From Bacteroidota bacterium (GTDB taxonomy: Bacteria > Bacteroidota > Bacteroidia > JABEUT01), in NCBI GenBank assembly GCA_013288205.1, contig JABDCH010000004.1, positions 1 through 51,353 of the forward strand: DNA of 51,353 nt. Direction: 5' to 3'. This document shows, piece by piece, positions 41,118 to 49,789 of this stretch (its first letter is position 1; every line of letters begins with the position of its first letter). The notes below the pieces were generated by a model that was given only the letters and a program-made list of their open reading frames with translations, did no database searches and was not told the DNA's origin. Made by a program: the position numbers and the translations under genes.

Positions 41118-41729
41118 TTAGTATTCTTCACTATAAAACACCAGCAAAAGTTTTCCGTAATCGTACTCTTCGCTCTGGTCACTCAGGGTTACCCATTGTT
41201 TTTTTCCATTGCGCGTGGTGCTCCACACCCGGCTGTCATTCTGGCTCGCATAGTCTCCATATTTTGAGTTGAGGTAATCCGTAAGTCTGCCCATGATATT
41301 GGCAGCAGCAGTGTCGTTTGCCAGGAAAATATCCTCATCTATTTCATTCAGTTTTCCTTTATCAAAGTAATACGTAATCGTAAAATAGTTAACAGAATCT
41401 ATAGGCTCACTCACAGAATCAGGATGCAGCGTATCTACCGGCATGGAATAACTTATGTCGCCGGTATCATTTTCATCAGGGATTCTCTTTTCAGAATGAA
41501 GTACTGTTTGGGTGTCTGCCCCTAATTCAACCGATCTAAAAAAATTATTACCATTCCCTATAAGCAGGGTTACTATATCTATTTTCCGTTCATTTTTATC
41601 AGGTGCAGCAATATAGTTAGGCCTGGATGAATTATTGCATCCAATATAAACCAACGGTAAAATGAATACAACAAAAATGTAAATCCATTTTATTTGAGAA
41701 ATATTTTTATGAAAAGCAGAGAAATTCAC
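41118..41729 (-). CDS. Hypothetical acidic lipoprotein
   Basis: Probable GTG start at 41729, downstream of a -7 element. Hydrophobic stretch ending YIG-C, then a D/E-rich soluble domain. Confidence 0.65.
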   Translation of the reverse strand: MNFSAFHKNISQIKWIYIFVVFILPLVYIGCNNSSRPNYIAAPDKNERKIDIVTLLIGNGNNFFRSVELGADTQTVLHSEKRIPDENDTGDISYSMPVDTLHPDSVSEPIDSVNYFTITYYFDKGKLNEIDEDIFLANDTAAANIMGRLTDYLNSKYGDYASQNDSRVWSTTRNGKKQWVTLSDQSEEYDYGKLLLVFYSEEY

Positions 41730-41748
41730 TCGTAGGATTAACTGGTAG

Positions 41749-41756
41749 CAAAAGTA
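41749..41756 (-). promoter_or_regulatory. -7 promoter element for the lipoprotein gene
   Basis: Minus strand TACTTTTG, inside the ORF-track N-terminal extension. Confidence 0.5.
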
Positions 41757-41819
41757 AGAAAACCCCGCCAATAAACCGATTAATTAAACAATATCTAAAT
41801 ATATCAAGGTGTTATGAAC

Positions 41820-42968
41820 TTACCACCACCAATTATAATCATTGAACGGGAGCTTCTTATAAGCAGCTTCTATATTATGATGGTTTTGTTCTCCTTTCAT
41901 TGTCAATTCATTATTGGGAAGTAATTGAAAAATACCCTTAAATATGGTGCTTGCACTTTCTATTTTCCTGTCGTATTCTGTATAACGGGTGGCTGCAATT
42001 CTAATGGAATCGTGCTTGGGATAAAACACCACATTTGCACCCTGCTCGCTATCTTTTCCATTTACAATAGACGTATATCTCCTGTCTTTTTCTTTGTATA
42101 TTTTTTTATACCAGGTGGCCGGGATGCTATCCATGCTGATTGTTTTGTTATCCACCTTTAGAGCAGTCAGAACATAAGCTCCGTTGCCATAGAGAAAATC
42201 CTTCCTATTACGCAGGTAAGACATGGTTTTAAGTCCAATGGTTGAAATAATAAATACCCAGAATACTATCTTTATTACTAAGATGCCTCTCCTGCGATTG
42301 GCTGTTATAGCTTTACTTGATGTACTTATTTTTTGCAATAATTCTTTTATTTCATTTTTATAAGAATATATCACAAATACATTGAAAATAGTCAACAATG
42401 AAATAGCAAATAATGTGAATGGGGATATCCTGTTAAAAATATTCGTCACCAATACATTGGCAACAACAGGAAGCATGGTAACGGCTCCGATAAAACGGGT
42501 TCTCCTAAAGAGTAGCAATAAGGCAGGGATAGTCTCCAAAAGCCCCATGATGAAAACCTGCACATTGGACCGTCCGAAGTAGTACCATGTTAAGGTATAC
42601 GAATCTACATCGCTTAGTTTGGTATCTAATCCTTTATAGAAAACAACAAACTGTTTATTTATCAGTTTATCAACCCCATAGAAAAGCATAATGTAACCTA
42701 TTATGTAACACAGTATTACAATCAAATAGTATTCAAGCTTATCGAGGTTATTTTTCCTGCCAGATAAATAAACGAGCAATAGGGGAACGACAAGGATAAC
42801 AAACAAGACAAAGAATCCGAAAATCGGATTTGTTAGTAATTCCTCCAAGGTGCTATCACTAATAAAAAAAACGGATAAATAAATAGTTAGTAACGGGCAA
42901 ACCGCGATGGTGGTAAGTAAAGCTGCAGTATAATAATATCCTTTACTTTTCAGGGGAGTTGTATTCAT
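41820..42968 (-). CDS. Polytopic membrane protein (DoxX-like region) with soluble C-terminal domain
   Basis: About 7 TM helices; YG..K...QF, LTWYYFGRS, GLLE..PALLLLFRRTRFIGA..LPVVANV..N. Confidence 0.6.
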   Translation of the reverse strand: MNTTPLKSKGYYYTAALLTTIAVCPLLTIYLSVFFISDSTLEELLTNPIFGFFVLFVILVVPLLLVYLSGRKNNLDKLEYYLIVILCYIIGYIMLFYGVDKLINKQFVVFYKGLDTKLSDVDSYTLTWYYFGRSNVQVFIMGLLETIPALLLLFRRTRFIGAVTMLPVVANVLVTNIFNRISPFTLFAISLLTIFNVFVIYSYKNEIKELLQKISTSSKAITANRRRGILVIKIVFWVFIISTIGLKTMSYLRNRKDFLYGNGAYVLTALKVDNKTISMDSIPATWYKKIYKEKDRRYTSIVNGKDSEQGANVVFYPKHDSIRIAATRYTEYDRKIESASTIFKGIFQLLPNNELTMKGEQNHHNIEAAYKKLPFNDYNWWW

Positions 42969-43010
42969 GCGTATGCCATTTTATTTGGTTATACGAAAAT
43001 ACAAAATTCT

Positions 43011-44108
43011 TTATAATGAATACATTTTACCCGGCAATGAACGCAAAATTCCTGCAAACTCAAGGGTAAGCAAATATGTAGATAAATTACCGGGAGATAG
43101 ATTTGCTTGTATGGCGATATCATCTATGTGCATAGGCGCGCCTTGCGCCTGCAATGCCTTCACAATAGCCTCTTCCTGTGGTTTTAAGTCGTTAAATAAA
43201 GCAACTTGGGGTTTCTTCTTCTTTTTAGTGTTCTTCCAACCCAGGCTATCCAGTAAATCATCGGCTGATTGAATAAGACCTGCTTTATTTTGCCTGATTA
43301 GCTTATTGCACCCTTGTGAATAAATATCTTCGCTGCGCCCAGGAACTGCAAATACTTCGCGGCTATAAGAGAAAGCAATATCTGCAGTAATGATTGCCCC
43401 ACCCGCCCACTTTGATTCCACTACAACCACTGCATCCGATAAACCTGCAATAATGCGGTTTCGTTTGGGGAAATTTTCAGGCGCCAATTTTGTTCCGCTG
43501 ATGAAATCGGTTAACAGTCCTCCATTATCGAGCATCTTTTGTGCAAGATTAAAATGCTCTGCCGGGTAGATAGAATCAAGGCCATGCCCCACAACCCCTA
43601 TAGTTGGCAATCCAAATTTTAAGGCTGCTTTATGACTTGCAGCATCAATACCATACGCAAGCCCGCTGACAATTAATACTCCTGAATCCTTCAGTCCGTC
43701 TACTATTGTGTCGCACATTTTTTTGCCATAGTCGGTTGCATTCCGGGTTCCAACCATAGCCACTATGCGCTCGGCATTCAGGTCGGCATTTCCCTTATAA
43801 TATAAAACAACCGGGCAATCATTGCACTGTTTAAGCCGTAAGGGATAATCTTTGTCTAAATAAAAAAGAGCGCGAATATTATTTTTTTCAATAAATGCTA
43901 TTTCCTTTTCAGCGTGGTGAAGAATATCCTGGTTTACGATTGCTTCGGCTGTAACAGCGCCAATATCCGGTATCTTCAGCAGGTTTTGTTTCTTTTCTTT
44001 AAACACAGCTTCGGCGCTGCCACAATAGGATATAAGCACTTTTGATGTAACATCTCCAACATGGTCAATAAAAGTAATTCCGATTTTATAAAGGAGGTCC
44101 TTATCCAT
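43011..44108 (-). CDS. dprA: DNA-processing protein DprA
   Basis: YPLRL, VGTR, VSGLAYGID, FPKRNRIIAGLS, GGAIITA, C-terminal winged helix. Confidence 0.97.
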   Translation of the reverse strand: MDKDLLYKIGITFIDHVGDVTSKVLISYCGSAEAVFKEKKQNLLKIPDIGAVTAEAIVNQDILHHAEKEIAFIEKNNIRALFYLDKDYPLRLKQCNDCPVVLYYKGNADLNAERIVAMVGTRNATDYGKKMCDTIVDGLKDSGVLIVSGLAYGIDAASHKAALKFGLPTIGVVGHGLDSIYPAEHFNLAQKMLDNGGLLTDFISGTKLAPENFPKRNRIIAGLSDAVVVVESKWAGGAIITADIAFSYSREVFAVPGRSEDIYSQGCNKLIRQNKAGLIQSADDLLDSLGWKNTKKKKKPQVALFNDLKPQEEAIVKALQAQGAPMHIDDIAIQANLSPGNLSTYLLTLEFAGILRSLPGKMYSL

Positions 44109-44133
44109 AAAGTTCTGTAGGAATAGAACAGAT

Positions 44134-45315
44134 TTAATTCAGCTTCTGGTATGCTTGCCACCAGCGGTCGGGCATTTCTTCCGAACAAGCAAGCAAATAA
44201 TCATCGTATGAACAAGGCACTAAATGATGTCGCTCAAATTTCGATTTATCATCATCTACTTTAAATGGTACCTCCATCCACCAACGGTCTGTCTTAAGGC
44301 TTTTATAGAACACCAATTCATGGCCATCCGCTTGGCCTTTTGTAATGGGCTGGGGTATGGCCACCCTGTATTTCATATAATCTTTCCCGACAATAACCGG
44401 GAAATCATTCTTGCGGTTTGAAACCCCTTCTAAAAAGTACCATATCATTTGGGCAGCGAGATGAGCTGTTTGCCCACGATTGTCCAATTCAGGATTAAGC
44501 TCATAAATGCCCATCGAAGAGAGTTTATCGCTCATTCCTGCATAGCGCATAATCTGGCAGGCTTCTTCACCATACAAACCATTGGGGGTAGTGTTAACAC
44601 ATGCCGGAGCATCTGATTGCCGGATAGCGGACATATCGAAACTTAATATATCGGCACTCCTTACAATGGGTTCCGCTTCCTCCATTTTCGATTGAATATG
44701 TCCAAGACGGTACACATCGAAATACATTTTTTTCAATGTTTCTATTTCGGCATCATTTACAAAATAACTTTGATAAGCTGCAAGACTCAAATTGAAAAGC
44801 AAGGCCGATGGATGCTGAATAATAGTATGCAGATAAGAATTGCTATCAATGCTTTCTTCTGAATCACCTAAATCAATTTTTCGGTCAATACAAACAAGAT
44901 TTACGCTTTGTTGCAATTTTTGATAGGCCAGGTAATTGGCATAGGTCAAATCCTGGCTACCACCGATAATGATGGGAATAATATTCTTCTCTAATAGCTC
45001 TGAACAAACAAATTGGACGGCATGATAAGTATCACTTACAGAATTGCCAAGCCGTAGATTCCCAATATCAGCTAATGATATTCCTGAAATGACAGATAGC
45101 TTGTAAAGATATTCCCGTACTTTATCGGGTGCGTTAGAACAACCTTCATTATTGGCTGAATTGCGTGATTCGCCAACACCAATAAGGACTGCCTTTACTC
45201 TATCTAAATCCGGAAAAGAAGAAGGTTTATATGTCTTAATATAACTACCCCATTGGTGCGCTTCATAAGGCTGAACTTCTATATCAGATGGTATGAGGTA
45301 GCTTTCTATTTCCAT
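44134..45315 (-). CDS. Arginase/formimidoylglutamase-family protein with degenerate metal sites
   Basis: DIGN, GGSQD, PNGLYGEEACQ, YELNP, AAQMIWYF, plus a C-terminal DRWW extension. Confidence 0.85.
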   Translation of the reverse strand: MEIESYLIPSDIEVQPYEAHQWGSYIKTYKPSSFPDLDRVKAVLIGVGESRNSANNEGCSNAPDKVREYLYKLSVISGISLADIGNLRLGNSVSDTYHAVQFVCSELLEKNIIPIIIGGSQDLTYANYLAYQKLQQSVNLVCIDRKIDLGDSEESIDSNSYLHTIIQHPSALLFNLSLAAYQSYFVNDAEIETLKKMYFDVYRLGHIQSKMEEAEPIVRSADILSFDMSAIRQSDAPACVNTTPNGLYGEEACQIMRYAGMSDKLSSMGIYELNPELDNRGQTAHLAAQMIWYFLEGVSNRKNDFPVIVGKDYMKYRVAIPQPITKGQADGHELVFYKSLKTDRWWMEVPFKVDDDKSKFERHHLVPCSYDDYLLACSEEMPDRWWQAYQKLN

Positions 45316-45325
45316 GAATCAGATT

Positions 45326-47680
45326 TTACTTCCCCGCTTTTTTTCTTGGAGTAAAGCCTCTTTTCTTTTTTCCTGCTGATGTATCGTTTTTAATAATCTC
45401 AAGGCACTCTTCGAGGGTTAATAAAGCTGCATCTTTACCTTTCGGAATTTTATAATTATTCTTATCCATAGTAATATATGGTCCGAAGCGGCCCTTGAGC
45501 ACTCTTATTTCAGGATCGTGCGCAAATACGTTAATTGTCTTTTCGACTTCTTTCTGCCTCTTGTCCTTAATCACTTCAATAGCTCGTACTTCATCTATCG
45601 TATATACATCATCTTCTTTCGGAATAGAATAGAACTTACTATCGTGCCGGATATAAGGACCAAAGCGGCCAATACCTGCGCTCATTTCCTTCTCTTCGTA
45701 AACACCTATTTTACGAGGCATTTTGAATAAGTTGAGGGCTTCATCCAAGGTAATGGTTTCCATACGTTGGTCAGCACGTAATTTGGAGTATTTGGGTTTA
45801 TCTTCTGCTTTAATCTCTTCGTCGTCTTTTGCAGTAATGTCTCCGATTTGGATCATAGGTCCATACCGGCCTATTTTAGCATATACGTTTTTACCATTAG
45901 CATCTTGTCCAAGCAATCTTTCACCCGAAGCTCTTTCCTTTACGGCAGTTGCTTTTTCAACGGTGATGTGGAAGGGATTATAAAATGTATGAAGCATTTT
46001 TGTCCACGATAATTTGCCTTCTGCAATCGTATCAAACTCTTCTTCTACATGAGCTGTGAAATTATAATCTAGTATTTCGCCAAAGTTTTCAATCAGGAAA
46101 TCGGTTACAACTGAACCAATATCGGTTGGGAAAAGTTTAGATTTTTCGGCACCGGTAATTTCAGTTTTGGTGGTCGATTTTATCTCCCCGTTTTTGAGTG
46201 TGAGTACCTTATATGGTCTTGCCGTTCCTTCTTTATTTTCTTTTACTACATATCCCCTTTTTTGCACAGTTGTAATGGTAGGCGCATAGGTAGAAGGCCT
46301 GCCAATGCCGAGCGCTTCCAGCTTTTTTACAAGACTTGCTTCAGTATATCGTGGTGGGGAAGAAGGGAACCGTTGAGTAGCATTTGCTTCTATAAAGTTC
46401 AGTTTGTCATTTGCCTTCACCGCAGGGAGCGTTTCTGATTCTTGTTGTTGCTCTTCCACATCATCATCCGATTCAGAATAAACCCTTAAAAATCCATCAA
46501 AAGTGATTACTTCTCCGGTTGCTATAAAATTATCTTGTGTTGCATTTTGCCCGATGGTGATAACTGTTTTTTCAATTTCAGCATTGGCCATTTGCGATGC
46601 AATAGTGCGCTTTCTAATCAGGTCATACAGCCGTCTTTCTGTATCATTATGACCATCTATTTCTTTGGCTGAAAAATCCGTTGGACGAATAGCTTCGTGG
46701 GCCTCTTGTGCACCCGAAGACTTGGTTTTATATTGTCGTGTTTGAGCGTATTTGGGGCCGAATGTTTTTTCAATTTCTTCTTTAGCTCCGTTAATGGCCT
46801 GTTGCGAGAGGTTTACGGAGTCGGTACGCATATAGGTTATATCGCCTCGTTCATAAAGGCTTTGTGCCACACGCATTGTTTGCAGCACAGAAAAACTAAG
46901 CTTGCGGCTCGCTTCCTGTTGTAGGGTTGAAGTGGTAAATGGCGCAGATGGAGAACGTTTAGCCGGTTTCTTTTCAAGATCTTTTACAGAAAATTCCGCT
47001 CCTTTTATTTTGGTAAGAAAATCGTTTGCCTGTTGTTCATTAGTATATCTCTTATCTAATTCAGCATGGAAATTGGCGCCATTGGCATTGAATAATCCAT
47101 CAACTTTAAAATAGAATACAGATACAAAACTGTTTACTTCCCTTTCGCGCTCCACTATCAGTCGCACAGCAACAGATTGAACTCTTCCTGCAGATAAGGA
47201 TGGTTTCACTTTTCTCCATAATACTGGTGAAAGTTCATATCCTACTAACCTGTCTAGCACACGCCTTGCTTGTTGTGCATCTACCAGGGCTTTATCTATA
47301 CTGCGAGGATGTTTAATAGCTTCTTCAATAGCGCTTTTGGTAATTTCATGGTAAACCACTCGGCGGGTTTTACTTTCTTTTACACCAAGCTCTTCGAGCA
47401 GATGCCATGCAATGGCCTCTCCTTCCCGGTCCTCATCCGTTGCAAGCCATACAACTTCAGCTTCTTTGGCCAGTTTTTTTAATTCGCTTACTACTTTCTT
47501 TTTATCGGGGGAAACAACATATTCAGGAGCAAAGTCGTGGGCAATATCGATACCTATGCCTTTTTCAGGCAGGTCGCGTATATGTCCGATGCTAGACTTG
47601 ACTATAAAATCTTTCCCAAGATATTTTTCGATCGTTTTTGCTTTCGCGGGCGACTCTACAATCAATAAGTTTTTAGCCAT
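45326..47680 (-). CDS. topA: DNA topoisomerase I
   Basis: IVESPAKAKTI, ATDEDREGE, SAGRVQS, ITYMRTDS, AHEAIRPT, GRYGP/GRFGP C-terminal repeats. Confidence 0.99.
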   Translation of the reverse strand: MAKNLLIVESPAKAKTIEKYLGKDFIVKSSIGHIRDLPEKGIGIDIAHDFAPEYVVSPDKKKVVSELKKLAKEAEVVWLATDEDREGEAIAWHLLEELGVKESKTRRVVYHEITKSAIEEAIKHPRSIDKALVDAQQARRVLDRLVGYELSPVLWRKVKPSLSAGRVQSVAVRLIVEREREVNSFVSVFYFKVDGLFNANGANFHAELDKRYTNEQQANDFLTKIKGAEFSVKDLEKKPAKRSPSAPFTTSTLQQEASRKLSFSVLQTMRVAQSLYERGDITYMRTDSVNLSQQAINGAKEEIEKTFGPKYAQTRQYKTKSSGAQEAHEAIRPTDFSAKEIDGHNDTERRLYDLIRKRTIASQMANAEIEKTVITIGQNATQDNFIATGEVITFDGFLRVYSESDDDVEEQQQESETLPAVKANDKLNFIEANATQRFPSSPPRYTEASLVKKLEALGIGRPSTYAPTITTVQKRGYVVKENKEGTARPYKVLTLKNGEIKSTTKTEITGAEKSKLFPTDIGSVVTDFLIENFGEILDYNFTAHVEEEFDTIAEGKLSWTKMLHTFYNPFHITVEKATAVKERASGERLLGQDANGKNVYAKIGRYGPMIQIGDITAKDDEEIKAEDKPKYSKLRADQRMETITLDEALNLFKMPRKIGVYEEKEMSAGIGRFGPYIRHDSKFYSIPKEDDVYTIDEVRAIEVIKDKRQKEVEKTINVFAHDPEIRVLKGRFGPYITMDKNNYKIPKGKDAALLTLEECLEIIKNDTSAGKKKRGFTPRKKAGK

Positions 47681-47686
47681 CTCTTC

Positions 47687-47776
47687 AATTAGGAATTAAC
47701 AGTTAGGAATTAGTAATTGGATTACGGAGGGCTCGAACTTCTGATTCCTAATTCACAATTTTAAATTATATAATTC
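47687..47776. repeat. Inverted arrays of 7-mer AATTnnn repeats forming an imperfect hairpin in the topA leader
   Basis: Left arm AATTAGG AATTAAC AGTTAGG AATTAGT AATTGGA; right arm ATTCCTA ATTCACA ATTTTAA ATTATAT; GC-rich spacer between. Confidence 0.75.
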
Positions 47777-47846
47777 GGGTTGCAAAGTTGAATATCTATT
47801 TCGGAATAACCAAACTTTCTCCAAAAATAGCTTATAATCAACATGT

Positions 47847-48722
47847 TTACAAATCAGAAACAACCCTTCCGAACACCCCGAGGGGTAATTTGTACCCCGA
47901 TGTCGATGGTAAAAACAGCTCCCCAATTTGCAGGTTCTTGTATTTTTTCTTCAGCAGGTTTTCAATAATTAATGACGAAAATCCAAGTGAATACGTATTG
48001 AGAATCAGCAGGTGTTTTTCAGGAGCCAAAATTTGCAAAACACTGCTTACCATTTCATTCAGGTTATCTTCCAGTTTCCATTGCTCTTTATCAGGGCCAT
48101 GTCCGTATGCGGGAGGATCTAATATAATACCCTGATATTTGCTGCCACGTTTCATTTCACGTTTTACAAATTTCATAGCATCTTCAATCAGCCAGCGTAT
48201 ATTATCCAAATTTGAAAGCTCCATATTGTTTTTTGCCCAGCTAACCACTTGCCTCACTGCATCTAAGTGAACTACATCCGCACCTGCTGCTTTGGCAGCT
48301 AAAGAGGCTCCCCCGGTATAAGCGAACAAATTAAGGAAGCGTGGTTTTTCGGCTCCTTTAAAAGAAGACATATTCCTATATATATAGTCCCAGTGAACTG
48401 CCTGTTCAGGGAAAATGCCCACATGCTTAAAAGAAGTCAGCGATAATTTGAACCGTATTGTTGGGCCGTTAGGCAGATTATACCCTACTTCCCAATTATC
48501 GGGCATGGTTTTCAATTTATCCCAATTGCCGGCATAGCTTGAATTAGGAACAAAACGCACATGTGCTTTCTTTTCCCAATCGGTATTGCTTAGCGCTTTA
48601 TTCCAAATGGCCTGTGGTTCGGGACGGATGGTTATATATTGCCCAAAGCGTTCCAACTTTTCAAAGTTGCCGCAATCAATAAGTTCGTAATCGGTAAAGT
48701 TGGAGGGAGATAAAAAATCCAT
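47847..48722 (-). CDS. Class I SAM-dependent methyltransferase (RlmI/RlmK-related)
   Basis: YELIDCG..EKLERFG, KHVGIFPEQ, LNLFAYTGGAS, ILDPPAYG. Confidence 0.88.
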   Translation of the reverse strand: MDFLSPSNFTDYELIDCGNFEKLERFGQYITIRPEPQAIWNKALSNTDWEKKAHVRFVPNSSYAGNWDKLKTMPDNWEVGYNLPNGPTIRFKLSLTSFKHVGIFPEQAVHWDYIYRNMSSFKGAEKPRFLNLFAYTGGASLAAKAAGADVVHLDAVRQVVSWAKNNMELSNLDNIRWLIEDAMKFVKREMKRGSKYQGIILDPPAYGHGPDKEQWKLEDNLNEMVSSVLQILAPEKHLLILNTYSLGFSSLIIENLLKKKYKNLQIGELFLPSTSGYKLPLGVFGRVVSDL

Positions 48723-48730
48723 GATTTAAT

Positions 48731-48776
48731 TTTGATAATTTGCTGATTTGATAATTGTACATCTTTATTATCAAAT
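48731..48776. repeat. 8-mer tandem repeats plus inverted copy
   Basis: TTTGATAA TTTGCTGA TTTGATAA; ATTTGATAAT (48746-55) pairs perfectly with ATTATCAAAT (48767-76). Confidence 0.7.
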
Positions 48777-48798
48777 ATTGTATGGCCAAAATGGCTGA

Positions 48799-49680
48799 TT
48801 AATCAATATGTTCGTTGCGCTCGCAGTAGTCTATAATCTTTGCTGCTATATCATTACCTGTTACTTTTTCAATGCCTTCTAATCCGGGTGATGAGTTTAC
48901 TTCATTCACAATATAGCCACGTTTGGTTGGCAGCATGTCTACGCCTGCAACACCTAAGCCTAAATGCCTGGCCGATTTTATAGCGAGGGCTTTTTCCTGG
49001 CTGCTTAGTTTCACTACTTCAGCGCTGCCGCCTCTATGTAAGTTCGAACGGAAATCTCCTTCTGCCCCTTTGCGTCTCATAGCGCCTACTACCTGCCCGT
49101 CTACTACAAAAGCGCGGACATCAGCACCCTGGGCTTCTTTCACAAATTCCTGTACCAATATATTTACCTGCACATCTAAAAAGGCTTCAATAACTGATTT
49201 AGCCGAAATGCGTGTTTCAGCCAATATAACACCTAATCCTTGTGTACCTTCCAACAGCTTAATAATAACGGGTATTCCACCTACCTGGTCAATTACATCA
49301 TCTACGGTACGAGGCGAATATGCAAAAGCCGACTTAGGAATAGGTATCCCAATTTTAGCTAACTGTTGCAAACAACGGAGCTTATCTCTCGAACGCACGA
49401 GGGCTTGAGATTCTACTGCTGAAAAGATTTTCATCATTTCAAACTGGCGCACTACAGCAGAACCGTAAAACGTTACCGATGCCCCAATGCGGGGAATAAT
49501 AGCATTTACATCGGTTACTTCCACGCCTTTATAATATACGTGGGGCTTGCCTTGTTCAATTACTAATACACATTTCAGGTGATCGAGCACAACCATCTCA
49601 TGGCCTCTTGCAGCTCCCACTTCTACCAGGCGTTTGGTAGAATAAGATTCAGGGCTGCGTGATAATATCGCGATTTTCAT
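48799..49680 (-). CDS. rimK: RimK family ATP-grasp alpha-L-glutamate ligase
   Basis: YSTKRL, IPRIGAS, RSRDKLR, EGTQGLGV, FRSNLHRGG, EVNSSPGLEGIE. Confidence 0.95.
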   Translation of the reverse strand: MKIAILSRSPESYSTKRLVEVGAARGHEMVVLDHLKCVLVIEQGKPHVYYKGVEVTDVNAIIPRIGASVTFYGSAVVRQFEMMKIFSAVESQALVRSRDKLRCLQQLAKIGIPIPKSAFAYSPRTVDDVIDQVGGIPVIIKLLEGTQGLGVILAETRISAKSVIEAFLDVQVNILVQEFVKEAQGADVRAFVVDGQVVGAMRRKGAEGDFRSNLHRGGSAEVVKLSSQEKALAIKSARHLGLGVAGVDMLPTKRGYIVNEVNSSPGLEGIEKVTGNDIAAKIIDYCERNEHID

Positions 49681-49704
49681 AGTTTATATAGTCCTATAAC
49701 TCAA

Positions 49705-49712
49705 CAAACATA
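49705..49712 (-). promoter_or_regulatory. -7 promoter element for rimK
   Basis: Minus strand TATGTTTG. Confidence 0.55.
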
Positions 49713-49766
49713 CGGAAAATTCACATATCCCAATCTTAAGGTAATGTTAAGTAAAAGTATATGGTA

Positions 49767-49774
49767 TAACTTTG
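49767..49774 (+). promoter_or_regulatory. -7 promoter element for the ATL gene
   Basis: TAACTTTG ends 15 nt before ATG 49790. Confidence 0.6.
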
Positions 49775-49789
49775 CGTCTCTTTTAAAGC

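Noticed and set aside
47687-47776. Repeat tracts as a CRISPR array
   Set aside because: Units are 7-9 nt with no unique spacers, and there are no cas genes.
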